Source: Scenedesmus sp. PABB004
Lineage: Eukaryota
Direction: 5' to 3'
DNA: 64,000 nt
Assembly (NCBI GenBank): GCA_014905635.1
Contig: JABVCE010000016.1
Span: 434,001 to 498,000, forward strand
Position 1 is the first letter of the stretch. The number at the start of each line of letters is the position of its first letter. The notes beneath the pieces are model-generated. The model searched no databases and was not told the DNA's origin. It was given only the letters and a program-made list of their open reading frames with translations. The position numbers were made by a program, and so were the translations under genes. Shown here piece by piece: positions 27,216 through 38,213 of this stretch.

Positions 27216-29498
27216 CCTCGTCGGCCGAGCCCGGCTCGGGCTCACTGCCTGCACCGCAGCCGCTGCTCTCGCCGCCGCTGCTCCTGGTGGTGGCGGCGCT
27301 CGCGCCCGCGCGCGCGGCGCTGTCGCAGGTGTTGCTGCGCCGCGCGCTGGCCGCGCCGCCGGCGCTCTGGCTGCCGCGCCGCGCCGGTGCCGGCTCCTGC
27401 CGTGCTTCCTGCTCCTGCTGCTGCTGCGCCGCCTGCTGCTCATCAAACGCGGCCAGCGCGGCGTCCCAGCCGCCCGTGGTGCGGCGGCGCTGCCGCGACG
27501 CGCCGCCGCTGCTGGCGGCGCGCTTGCGGCCGCCGCTCGGCGCGCCGCCGCCCGCGCCCTCCGCCGCTGCTGCGGCCAGGGGCGGGTAGGCGCCGCGCGT
27601 GAGCGCGTCCGCGTCCGCAGGCGAGACGGTCACGCTGCCGCTGAATGCGCCGTAAACCAGGGGCGCCGCGTCGCCGCGCGCCAGCGCCTCGGCGGCCGCC
27701 AGGTCCTCGCGCTCGCCTGCGGCGCGGGCGGCGCCCGGCGGCGTCGGCGTCGGCGTCGGCGGTGCCCGCCCCTGCCGCCGCGCGCGCCCCGCCCTGCGCC
27801 CGCGCCGCGTGCGCGGCCGCACCTGCGCGCCGCAGCGCTGCGGCCGCGACGTCCGCACGCGCGCCGAGCAGGCGGCGCAGCTCGGCAGCGTACCACGCGA
27901 CGTGCTGGCGCGAGCGCACGACCAGCATCGCCCGAAACTCCCCGAGCCCGGCGTCCTCGGCCTCGGCCCACGCCGCCATGAACCGCTCCGCCACCGCTGC
28001 TGCTTTGACCGCCACGAGCGTGCGGCTGGCGCTCGCCGCGGCGACGAGCAGCTCCGCGGCCAGGCCGCCGCCGCTGCCACCGCCGCCGGGGCCGCCGACG
28101 CCGGGGCCGCCGCCATCCCGCGCCTCGGCGGCTTCGAGCCGCGCGAGCGCGGCGCGCTGGTCGGGCCCGAGCGCGGCCGCGTCGATGTGGAAGCGGGGCG
28201 TGAGGGACACGAAGCGCCCGAGCGGGTTGAGCACCAGCCCGTCCCCGGCCGCGGCGGCGAGGGAGTACGTGTGGAAGGGCTCGTGCTGCGTCGCCGGCGT
28301 GAGGCGCTCGGGCGGGTGCGCGTCGTCGCCGGCGGCGCCCGGCGGCGCCGGCGCCGGCGCGGGTACGACGCCGCCGAGCGCGTCGAGCAGCACGGCGCGG
28401 CGCACGCCAAAGAGCTGCAGCGCGCGCGGGCTGGGCGTGGCGGTGAAGCCGACGTAGGTGAGCCACGGCGGCTGCTGCGCCGCGAGCGCGTCGCTGCCGC
28501 TGCTCGCCGGCGCCGCGGGCGCTGCGGCGCCGCCTGCCGCGAACGCGGCGAGGATGGCGGCGATTTGCTGGCTGCTGCTGCCGCCGTGGTGGCGGTGCGC
28601 CTCGTCGGCGATGATGACGACACGCCCGGGCCGCGCCGGCGCGGCGGCGGCGCCCCCCGACGCGGCCGCGCGCGCGGCCGCCAGCGTGGGGCCGCGGGCC
28701 GCGCCGCCGCCGGCCGCGCCCTGCTGCGCCGCCGAGTCGCCGCCGCCACTGGCGCCGCTGGCGCCCTGCCGGCGCGCCTGGCCGTGGCGCCAGAGCGCCG
28801 TGAGCTTCTGGATCGTCGTGAGCACCACGGCCGGGCGCCGCGGGTCGCCCAGCGGCGCCGCGAGGTGCTGCGCGAGCGCGGCGCTGCTCGCCGCGCGCGC
28901 GACGGCGCGGGCCGGGAGGCCGTTGCCTGCGGATGCGCGCGCGGGCGGGCGCGCGGGCGTGTCGCCGCCGCCGCACAGCACAGCGCGGCGCCCGGCTCCC
29001 CGCACGCGCACACGCGCACCTTGCAGGAACGCCGCGAGCGTGTCGCCGAGCTGCGCATCGAGCTGCAGGCGATCATTTACGACCAGCACGGTGTCGACGC
29101 GCCGCCCATCGCCGTCGGCCGTGCGCAGTAGCGCCGCCGCGAGCGCCGCGATGGTCAGGCTCTTGCCGCTGCCCGTCGCGTGCTGCAGCAGGTAGTTGAC
29201 GCCGCCCCCGCGGCGCGCTGGCGCGCCAGGCTGCTGGTCGGACGACCGCAGCGCCTTCACCAGCGCCACCACGGCGTCCACCTGCGGTTGTGGCGGCGGC
29301 GGCGGCGTCGCGCGCGCACGCGACGCCCAGCAGCGGCGCTGGCCACGCAGCGCAGTGGCGCGCCTGGTGCGGCCGCCCTGCGCCGCCGGCGGTGCCCGCC
29401 GCGAAGAGATGCTCTACAGCACGCCAGAGCGCATCAGCCTCGGTCGGCAGCTCCGCCGGCGGGCCGCCGGGGCCGTGCGCGGCGGTCGCCAGCGTTGG
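24533..29498 (-). CDS. Type I restriction R-subunit (HsdR)-like SF2 helicase/translocase apparently fused to a TFIIS-like module; spliced; start codon unresolved
   Basis: RPHQ/VDAV, NYLLQHATGSGKS, VLVVNDRLQLDAQL, TTIQK, IIADEAH, YVGFTATP, FHTYSL, AMLVVRSR, AFSG, LLVVCSKFETGYDDPRL..LFIDR/ALSG..AVQVLGRVTR, VVDF; then LRRLLMWPVSAELLRATGAGK...VVSAWR, LEAELH...YKARCRTL and CPAC-x27-CATC..WR. Confidence 0.85.
25138..25216 (-). repeat. (CAG)n polyglutamine tract between the TFIIS N-terminal and central domains
   Basis: Long (CTG)n run on + strand. Confidence 0.9.
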
Positions 29499-29799
29499 CT
29501 GCGGCGCGCGCGCTCGCGCCGCGCGGCAGGCTGCCGGCGTCGCGCCGGCGTCGAGTGCGGGGCGCGGCTGTGGGGGCGTCGGCAGCGTTGCGCGGCAATT
29601 CGCGCGGGCCAATGTTGCTGCGACCGCCCGACTCGCAGGTGACTGCTCGCGCACCGAGCAGGAGGGCCCCCCGCAATGCCACGGCCGCTTTCACTGCGTC
29701 GATCGTTCCGTTCCGACCGCCCCGCACCGCCGCAGCTCCCACCTCGACAGGCGCCGGCGGCGAGCAGACGCGCGCGCCGGCCTGCCCGCACCGCGCGCG

Positions 29800-32700
29800 A
29801 TGGCGCTGCGTGCGGCGCAGCCGCAGCTGGGACTGGCATCGCGCCGGGCAACGCCCCGCGCCGTGGGCCGCGTGGCGCGGCCGTCTGCTGCGCCATGCCC
29901 CGCCGTCGGCGCGGGCCGCCGCTGGCCCGCTCGCCTCCGGGCCGCGGCCCCGGAGGCGCCCGAGGTTGATGCGCCGCTGGAGGTGCGCGGTGGCCAATCG
30001 GGGGCGCGCCCAGCGCGCCAGGCGGGCGGCGAATGGGGGCGCCCGCCTGGGGCCGCGCCATTCGCGGCGCGGCGCCCCGCGTGGCGCGGGGGGCGCGGCC
30101 CTGGGTCCTCCTGGGCGCCAGGCAGGCATCCGGCATTGCTGCGGGCGGCCCGGCGCCGCGGCGGCGCCGCGGCGCGCCCCGCCGCGCGGGCAGCAGCGGC
30201 GGCCGGCCGCCGACCGCGCCGCGCCGCCGCCAGATCCCCACCACCGAGGAGAGCACCAAGCCCTTCCCCTACGAGCTGCCGCTCGACCCCAACACCAAGG
30301 CGCTCGCGAGCGTGCCGCTGCCGCTGTTCTACCCCGGCGTGCTCGCCCTCGCCGCCGTGGCCGGCCTCGCCGGCGCGACGGTCGGCCGCGGGCTCCCCGG
30401 TGCGCGCCGACTGCAGCGCGGCGGCTGCAGCGCGGCGGCGGCGGCGGCCGGGCGGGCGCGGGGCCGGGGCGGCGAGGGAGGCACACGCCCGCAGCCGCGG
30501 CAGCGCGGCGCCCGCCGCGGCGCCGCCCGACCCCCGCGCGCGCCGCGCCGCCCCCCGCGCAGTCTCGCCCGAGGCCAAGCCCATCACGGCCGCGCTCGTG
30601 GGCGCCGCGCTCGGCGCGGGCGCGCTGTACGCGGGCTACCAGGCCAAGCAGAAGCGCGACGGCGCGGCGGTCATAGACCTCTACAACTACATCGTCGAGG
30701 TGTGGCCGCGCATTGCTGCTGCGCATTGCTGCCGCGCATTGCTGCCCCGGCAGCGGCGGCGGCCGCGCGCATTGTGCTGCTGCCGGCGGCGGCCGCGCGC
30801 GTTGCTGTCGGTGGGGCGTGCGGGCGCCGCCGCGCATTGCCGGCGCGCACCGCCGGCGGCCCCGCCCCGCCCGCGCCCTCACCCCGCCCTCACCCCGCGC
30901 CGCCGCGCCCGCCGCGTGCGCCGCAGCTGGACGACCCGACCGAGCTCACGCTCGACGCGGTCGCGGCGGTGGGGTCGCGCTACGGCATCGACATGCACAA
31001 GTCCCAGCTCGAGGGCCTGCAGAAGATCTACGGCCAGTACCTCGAGACCATCATCCCCACTGGCGACGCGCAGCTCACGTGAGACCCCGCTGGCCGCGCT
31101 GCGCCGCGCGGGCCGCGCCGCCGCGGCCGGGCGCCCGCGCCTCTGCGCGCGCCGCCGCCTCTGCGCCGCGGCGGCCGACCCGGCCCGCCTGCTGCCGCGC
31201 CGCGTCGCGCCGCAGCGGGGACGAGGCGGCCAAGGTGCGGCTGTTCAAGGACGTGCTCGGCCTCGCCGACGAGGACGCGGCGCCGGTGCACATCGAGGTC
31301 GGGCGCCGCCTGAGCCGCATCGGGTTCGAGTACAAGGACCGCACCGCGCAGGTGTGAAGCCCCGACCCGCACCGCACCGCACCGCACCGCACCGCACCGC
31401 CGCGCGCGGGACCACGCGCCGCCGCGGCGCCGCCGCGGGGCGGGGCCAGCCGCCGCCGCCGCCGCCGCGCCCGGCGCGCACGGTCGCCGCCCCCGGGCCG
31501 CGCGCCGCGCCCGAACCCGTCGCGGCGCGCCTCTCGCGTCGCGCGCAGTTTGAGCAGCGCAAGGCCTTCCAGCGCCTCGTGTACCTGAGCTACATCGTAT
31601 TCGGCGACCAGAAGGCCGCCTTCCTGCTGCCCTGGCGCCGCGTGTTCAACCTCACCGACGCGCAGCTCTTTGTCGCGCGCCGCGACAACGCGCGCGCGAT
31701 CTTCACCGGCCACCTCGCCGCGCGCGGCGGCGACTTCCCCGCCGAGCGGTGCGCGCCCGCGGCGGCGGCGGCGGCGGCTGGGAGCGCGCGCACGGCCTCC
31801 TGCGCCGCCCGGCGCAGCAGCGGCCCCGCGCCGCGTGCGCCGCGCGCGCCGCCGAGCCCCGCGCCGCCGCCCCCTGTCGCCGCGCGCCGCCCGCCGCGCA
31901 GGCAGTTCCTGCGCGAGCTGCGTGACTACCAGACGGCGATCAAGCTCTTTGACGAGAGCGCGGAGGAGGCGGTGCGGGCGGCGATGCGCGGCGTCGTCGA
32001 GGCGTCGCTCGCGCGCGCGGTCGAGATCACGCGCGCGCCCGGCAAGGCGCGCGACCCTGCGGCGATCGTCGAGGTGCGGCGGCGGCCGGCCGCGGCCGCG
32101 GCGGCGGTCAGCCCTGCCCCTGGCGCAGCGCGCGCGCGGGGGAGCCCGCCGTGCTCCCAGCCCGGCACACCACACCACCACCACCACCACCACCCACCGC
32201 CGCCGCGCGCGCGCCGTCGCACCACACACAACACACGCAGGCGCTGGGGCACGTGCTCGACTACAGCCGCAAGATGGCGCGCCTCGCCAACGACGACGAC
32301 CTGGTGCCGGGGCTGGGCCTGCCCACGATCCACGGCGGGCCGTGGGACGTCGAGACGCGGCGCCGCGACGTGCGCGACGCGTACAAGTGAGCGCGCGCGC
32401 GCGCGCGCGCGAGCGCGAGCGCGAGGGGAGCAGAAGCCGGGCCGCGGCGGCGCGGGCGACACGCCTCGTCGCTCGGGGACTGCCCAGCGCCGCCGACAGC
32501 AGCAACCCCCGAGCGCACGCGCTCGACACACACACCCACGCGCGCCACGCCGCGCCGCGCCGCCCCGCCGCGCCGCCCCGCGCAGGGCGTACGCCGAGGA
32601 GGTGGTGTCGCGCGAGGGGGGCTGACGCCGGCGATCGACGCCGACCTGAAGGAGCTCGCCGTCATCCTCTGCCTCGGCGCCAAGGAGGCCGGCGAGGTGC

Positions 32701-35210
32701 GGCGCCTCGGCCTGCGCGTGTGCGGCCCCCGCGCTGCGCCTGCTGTGTATGGTCTCCGCGCTGGCCCTGCCGTCCCCGCAGCGGCTGCGCCTGCTGCGCC
32801 TGCTGCGTGTTCTTGCGCTCGCCCCTCGCGCCGCGCCTCACGCGCACGCGGCCGCCCGCCCGCGCCGCACGCCGCGCCGCGCAGGTCCGCAGCAACATCG
32901 CTGGCGCGCTGTACAAGCGCCTCCTGCGCGAGGCGGTGACGACCCGGCGCATTGACGAGGCCGCCTCGCCCGCACAGGTGCGCGGCGCGCGCGCCCTCCC
33001 GCCCGCCGCGCGCCTGGGCCGCCGCCTGCCGCCCGCCGCCCGCGCCCCGTCCCTCCCTCCCGCCCACGCCCGCACCGATCCCGCCCACGCCCGCCCGCAC
33101 CGACCAATGCGCGCCCGCCGGCCGCGCCAGGTGCTGGGCGAGCTGGTCGAGCGGTCGGGCTACTCACCCCAGGCCGCGGCGGAGCTGCACAAGAGCCTCT
33201 ACCGCACCAAGCTCGGCCAGCTGGTCGCCAAGAAGAAGCTCACGCCGGAGGAGCAGGAGGAGCTCAAGCGCATCCGCCGCATCCTCTGCATCCCCGGCGA
33301 CGCCGCCGCGCAGGTGCGTGCGCGTGCGCGACCGCGTGCGCGCGACCGCGTGCGCGTGTTTGTGTGCGTGCGCGCGCCTTGGCTGCCGTCGCCGCCCTCC
33401 TCACCCTCGCACCCACGCCCCGCGCAAATCACTCGCACGCGGCTTGCACGCACGCGCCCCACCCCCCGCCGCCGCGCGCGCCCCTCGCCCGCGCCGCCGC
33501 CGCACGCGCGCCTCACCGGCGCCACCGCGCTCAACCCTTCTCCCGCCAGGTGCTGCGCGGCACCGCGGGCCGCGTGCTGGAGGAGGTGCTGGCCGACATC
33601 TACCTCATGGGCGCCAAGCCGGTCGGCGAGTACGAGGCGGAGCGCGTCGACGCGACCGTGCGCGACCTGGCGCTCGACCGCTCCGTCGCGCTCGACGTGC
33701 TCAAGGCGCGCCGGCGCGGGAGGGAGGGGGGGGGAGGGCCGGCGGGAGGGAGGGAGGGGCGGCGGGAGGGAGGGAGGGGCGGCGCGGCGCGGCGGCGGCG
33801 GGGCGAGGCGGCGGCGGGGGGCGAGGGAGCGAGCGAGCGGGCGCGTGGGGAGGAGTGCGCGGGGGCGGGCGCCGACCGGGCGCCGGCTGCCGCGCCGCGC
33901 CGCGCAGGACGTGACGCGGCAGCGCTTCAAGGCGTACGTGCAGCAGGCGCAGAAGGAGCGCGACCGGCGCAGCGCGGCGCAGGTGCTCAAGAAGCTCGTC
34001 CAGGTGCGGCGGCGCGCGCCGGGCCCCGCCGCGCCTGCAGCGCGCCGTCGCCGCCCGCCCAGCACGCCCCACGGCCTCGCCGCGTGCGTGGCTAAACTCA
34101 ACCCCCGCCGCGCCGCGCCGCCGCCGCTGCGCTGAATTGAATTGACTGAACCACAGTTCAACGCGCTCGTCGTCACGCCGATCCTTGAGAAGGTCAAGGG
34201 CGCGGGCAACGAGGCCGCCAAGAAGGAGCTGGCGGACCTGCTGGTGCAGGCCGCGGAGAAGGCCAAGCAGGAGGAGGCGGCCGAGGCGGCGGCCAAGGCC
34301 AAGGAGGCGGGCGAGGCGGCGCCGGCCGGCGCCGAGGCGAGCAGCAGCGGCGCCGACGCGGGCGCGGCGGAGAGCAGCAGCAGCAGCAGCAGCAGCGCGC
34401 CGGAGGGCGAGCAGCCCAAGGAGCTGCAGGTGCGGCGCCGCGGCGCCGCGCGCACGCGCCCGCGCCTGCCTCGCCGCCCCCCTGTCTGCACCCCCCTCCA
34501 CCTCCTCCTCGCGCCCGCCCCTCCCCGCGCCCGCCCCCCCTTCTCACCCGCCCTCCTCTCGCGCCCGCCCCTCCCCCCTCCCCTGCCCCGCCAGGTCAAG
34601 GCGGAGGAGGGCGCGGCGGAGAGCGTGAAGAAAATGATTGCCGCGCAGCGCGGCGAGTTTGGGGACGAGGAGCGCAAGGGCCAAAAGGAGATCACGCTCG
34701 GCGACGACCTCGAGCCCCCCGTGCGGTGAGCCGCGCGACGCGGCGGCGGGGTTCAGGGTTGAGGGTTCAGGGGGGGGGGGGGGGTCGCTCGCTCGCTCGC
34801 TCGCCTCCCCCGTCCCTCGAGCGCGCTTGGCCCCACCACAACTCACTCCTTGCTGCTCGCTCAAACTGCTCGCTCAAACTGCCCGGCCCGCCGACCCTGA
34901 CTCGCCCAACCAATCAACCGACCGACCAACCGCTGTTCAAACGCTGTTCAAACGCCGCAGCGCTGAGCTGTACAAGAACTACCTCATGTACAGCATGAGC
35001 GGCGACGTGGTGGAGCTGCCCGTCGGCGGCGTCATCCGCAAGAAGAGCTCCCTCGTCACGCGCCAGGTGCGTGCATCGTGCGTGTGCGTGTGTGTGTGTG
35101 TGCGCGTGCGCGCGTGTGGGGCGGGGCGCGGGGCGTGCGGGGGCTGCGGGGCGGCGCGCGGGGAGGGGGGAGCGGGAGGTGGAGAGAGGGGGGCGCGCCC
35201 CTCTGGGCGC

Positions 35211-35246
<36 letters not shown>

Positions 35247-37166
35247 GACCGCGCGCGCGTCGCGCGGCGCGTCCCCGCGCCCGCGCCGCGCAGGCGGAGA
35301 TGGCGCGGCTGCAGCAGCTGGGCGACCTGCTGGGCATGGGCATGCCAGAGGTGGCCGCCGTGCACAACGACCTCGCGGAGCAGGCGTACCGCAGCCAGGC
35401 GCGCGCGCGCGGCGCGGCACCGGCCCTGCGCCCGCCCGCGCGCCGCCCCGCTCAGCGCGCGCCGGCGCCGCCAGCACACCGCCGCGCGCCTCCCCCGCAC
35501 GGCGCGTGCTGACACACACAGACGCGCCCCGCGCGCGCGCGCAGGCCCAGGACGTGCTGCGCGGCAGCGGGTCGCTGAGCGAGGAGCGCAAGACGTACCT
35601 GGAGGAGCTGCGCGCGCAGCTTAACATCGGCAAGGAGGCGGCAGACAAGATCATCCGGTGCGCGGGGGCGCGGAGGCGTGGAGGGTGCAGGCCGCGTGCA
35701 GGGGCGGGGGCCGCAGGGCCCTCGGACGCGGCCGGCGCCGCGCGGGCGCCGGCCCCCGCCGCCGCGCCCGCCACGCGGCGCGCGCCGCCGCCCACGCGCG
35801 CGCCCCTGCGCGCCCCTGCGCGCCCGCAGCGAGGTGCGCACCGAGGTGCTCGGCGCCGCCGCCGCGCTCGAGGGCGAGGAGCGGTGGACGATCGACAAGG
35901 TGCGCACGCGCACGCGCGCCCGCGGCGCGGCGCGGCGCGGCGCCCGTCCGCCGCCTCCCGCGCCTCTGCCGCCCCGCGGCCCGTGAACGGCCGTCAGCAC
36001 CGGCGGCGGCGGTCCGGCACCACGTGCGCCGACCCGAAACCCTAAACCCTCGCCCCGCCGCGCCGCGCCCCGCCGCGCCGCGCCGCGCCGCGCCGCGCCG
36101 CGCCAGGTGCTGGGCATGCACAAGGAGGGCGTGTCCATCCCCAAGATGCTCGAGGAGCCGCAGCGCCGCATGCTGCTGCGCAAGGAGATTGACCGCCGCC
36201 TCAACGACGGCAAGGGTGAGCGCGCCGCGCCGCGCCGCGCCTCGCTCCCCCCCCCTCGCTGCTTGCGCGCGCCGCGCACCTGGGCCGCGACGCCCGCGAC
36301 GCCCGCGACGCCCGCCCCGCCCCTGCGTGCGCGCGCGCGCGCAGGCGAGTTTGACGCCGACCTCCTGCTGCGCGAGCTGCCGGCGGTGCTAGACATCGAG
36401 GACCGCCGCGTGCGCATGCTCATAAAGGAGCTCGTCGGCGCGCGCAAGTGAGCGGCCGCGCACGGCGCGCGCGCGGCGGGGTGTAGGGGCGAGCGGGGGC
36501 CTGGACCGGCTTGGACCGGCCCGGTCCGGCAGCGGTCCAGGCGGGCTCGGGGCGCCGGCCGGCGCTCGAGGGCTCAGCGGCGGCCGCCCGGGGGCGCGGC
36601 CGGGGGCGCGCCCGCCGCCGCCGCCGCTGCACGCGCGGCCGCCGACCCGGCGCCGGCGCCGGCGGTCCGCGCGCGCCCCGCAGGCGCATGCTGCTGGTGC
36701 AGGCGGTCTCGCAGCACCGCCAGCGGCGCCCGGGCGACGCGGTGACCTCGCTGCTCAACCTGGTGTCGGCGTACCGCGCAGCGCCGGAGGAGTCCGCGCC
36801 CGGCGCGGGCAGCGTGGGCGTGGTGCAGTGGGGCGAGCGCGAGGAGCTGAAGGACCTGTACGGCATCTTTGCCGCCAAGGTGAGGCCGCCGGGGAGCGGC
36901 GGGGCTTGGGGTTGAGGGTTTAGGAGGGGAGGGCCCCCGCGTTTGGCGGGGCGCGTCGGTCGCTGCGGTGTCCGCGGCGTCTGCGCCGCCGCCGACCCCG
37001 CCCCGCCGCGCCGCGCCGCGCCGCGCAGGTCGCGGACGCCGCGAAGCGCGAGGAGCTCGCGGGGCTGTTTGGCCTGAGCCCAGAGGACACGGCCGACATC
37101 CTCGCGAGCAGCGGCAAGACCGCGGACAAGCTGCGCGTGGAGGCGGAGGAGGAGGCGTTCTTCTGA
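29800..37166 (+). CDS. TIC110: Chloroplast inner-envelope translocon TIC110; many exons; one apparent 1-nt frameshift at 32616-32621
   Basis: Transit peptide, two N-terminal TM helices, HIEVGRRL, EQRKAFQRLVYLSYIVFGDQKAAFLLPWRRVFNLTDAQLFVARRDNA, QKEITLGDDL, LYKNYLMY, LLVQAVSQHRQR, ends EEEAFF*. Confidence 0.93.
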
Positions 37167-38213
37167 GCCGGCAAGGGGAGCCTGAGCCGGCGAGGGGAGC
37201 CTGAGCCGGCGAGGAGAGCCGGCGCGCGCGCCCCGCGCGCTGCGCGGCCCGGCGCTGCGCGGCCCGTCGCGGCGGCGAGCCGGCGGCGGCCGGGGGGGCC
37301 GCGGGCGCGGCGCGGGCCCGCGGCGCGCGGCCGCGCGGGAGGGCGGGAGGGCGGGCGGTGCTGTGCGGCGGGGCGGGGCGGGGCGGGGAGGGTAGGTAGG
37401 GCAGGGGGCCTGCCCCCAGGGGTTGCTGGGGCGGCCGGGGCCTTCCTGGCCCCGCGCTCTCTCTCGCCCTCTCTCTCTCTCTCTCTCCGTTCACATGTTT
37501 CGCGGCCGCGCAGCTGGCTCTCTATTTCGGGGGCGGCATGCGGGCAGCACTGGCGGGCCGGCCCGCAGGCGTGGTGACAGCGGGCGAGGGGCGGCGGCGG
37601 CGGCGGCGGCGCAGCAGCAGCAGGTGGCGTGCGTGGGGTGAGCACTGTCTGCACCGCCAGCGGGCTGGGCGCCTTGCGCGCGGCCCAGAGTAAAACTGTG
37701 CGTCTGCGCGTGGTCGGCGCCTCCGCCGCGCGCGGCGCTGTCCGTCAGGCCGCCCGCAGCGCCGCCCAGGCCAGGCCAGGGCGGCAGCCGCCGACGCCGC
37801 CGTCAGCGCCAGCCAGCAGCAGCCGCCGGCGGCCCCGCTGCTGGAACGGCCGAGCACGCTGCCGGGGCCGCCGTATCTGCGCGGTGCACCACGCCAAGCG
37901 CCGTGCCAGAGCGCCGCAGCGCCACAGCGCGGCAGCGCGGAGATCAAGAGGGGAACGGCGGGGTCCCGCGTGCCTGAACACCGTGCCGCGCACCCGTGCC
38001 CTCGCGCGGCGCGCCCCCGGCGCCATTGCCCCGCCGCGCCCCCGCACTCGCCGTTCCCTCGTCCGCCACACTCCCCGCCGCGCGACCGCGCCGGGACCGC
38101 CCGCAGAGCGGCCGCCAGGGGCCGAAACAGCAGCCGCCCTCCCCGCATCGCCCAGCGCGCCGCGCTGCGCCTCCGCACACCCCGCGCCGCGCTCTCTGGG
38201 CCTTGACGGTGCC

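Noticed and set aside
24533..29498. Bacterial contamination or a complete Type I R-M operon
   Set aside because: The gene has spliceosomal introns interrupting conserved motifs, host-like composition and algal neighbours; no hsdM/hsdS is present in the window.
37164..37213. Short direct repeats (ctgagccggc, ~19-bp units) after the TIC110 stop
   Set aside because: Simple local slippage duplication with no further structure.
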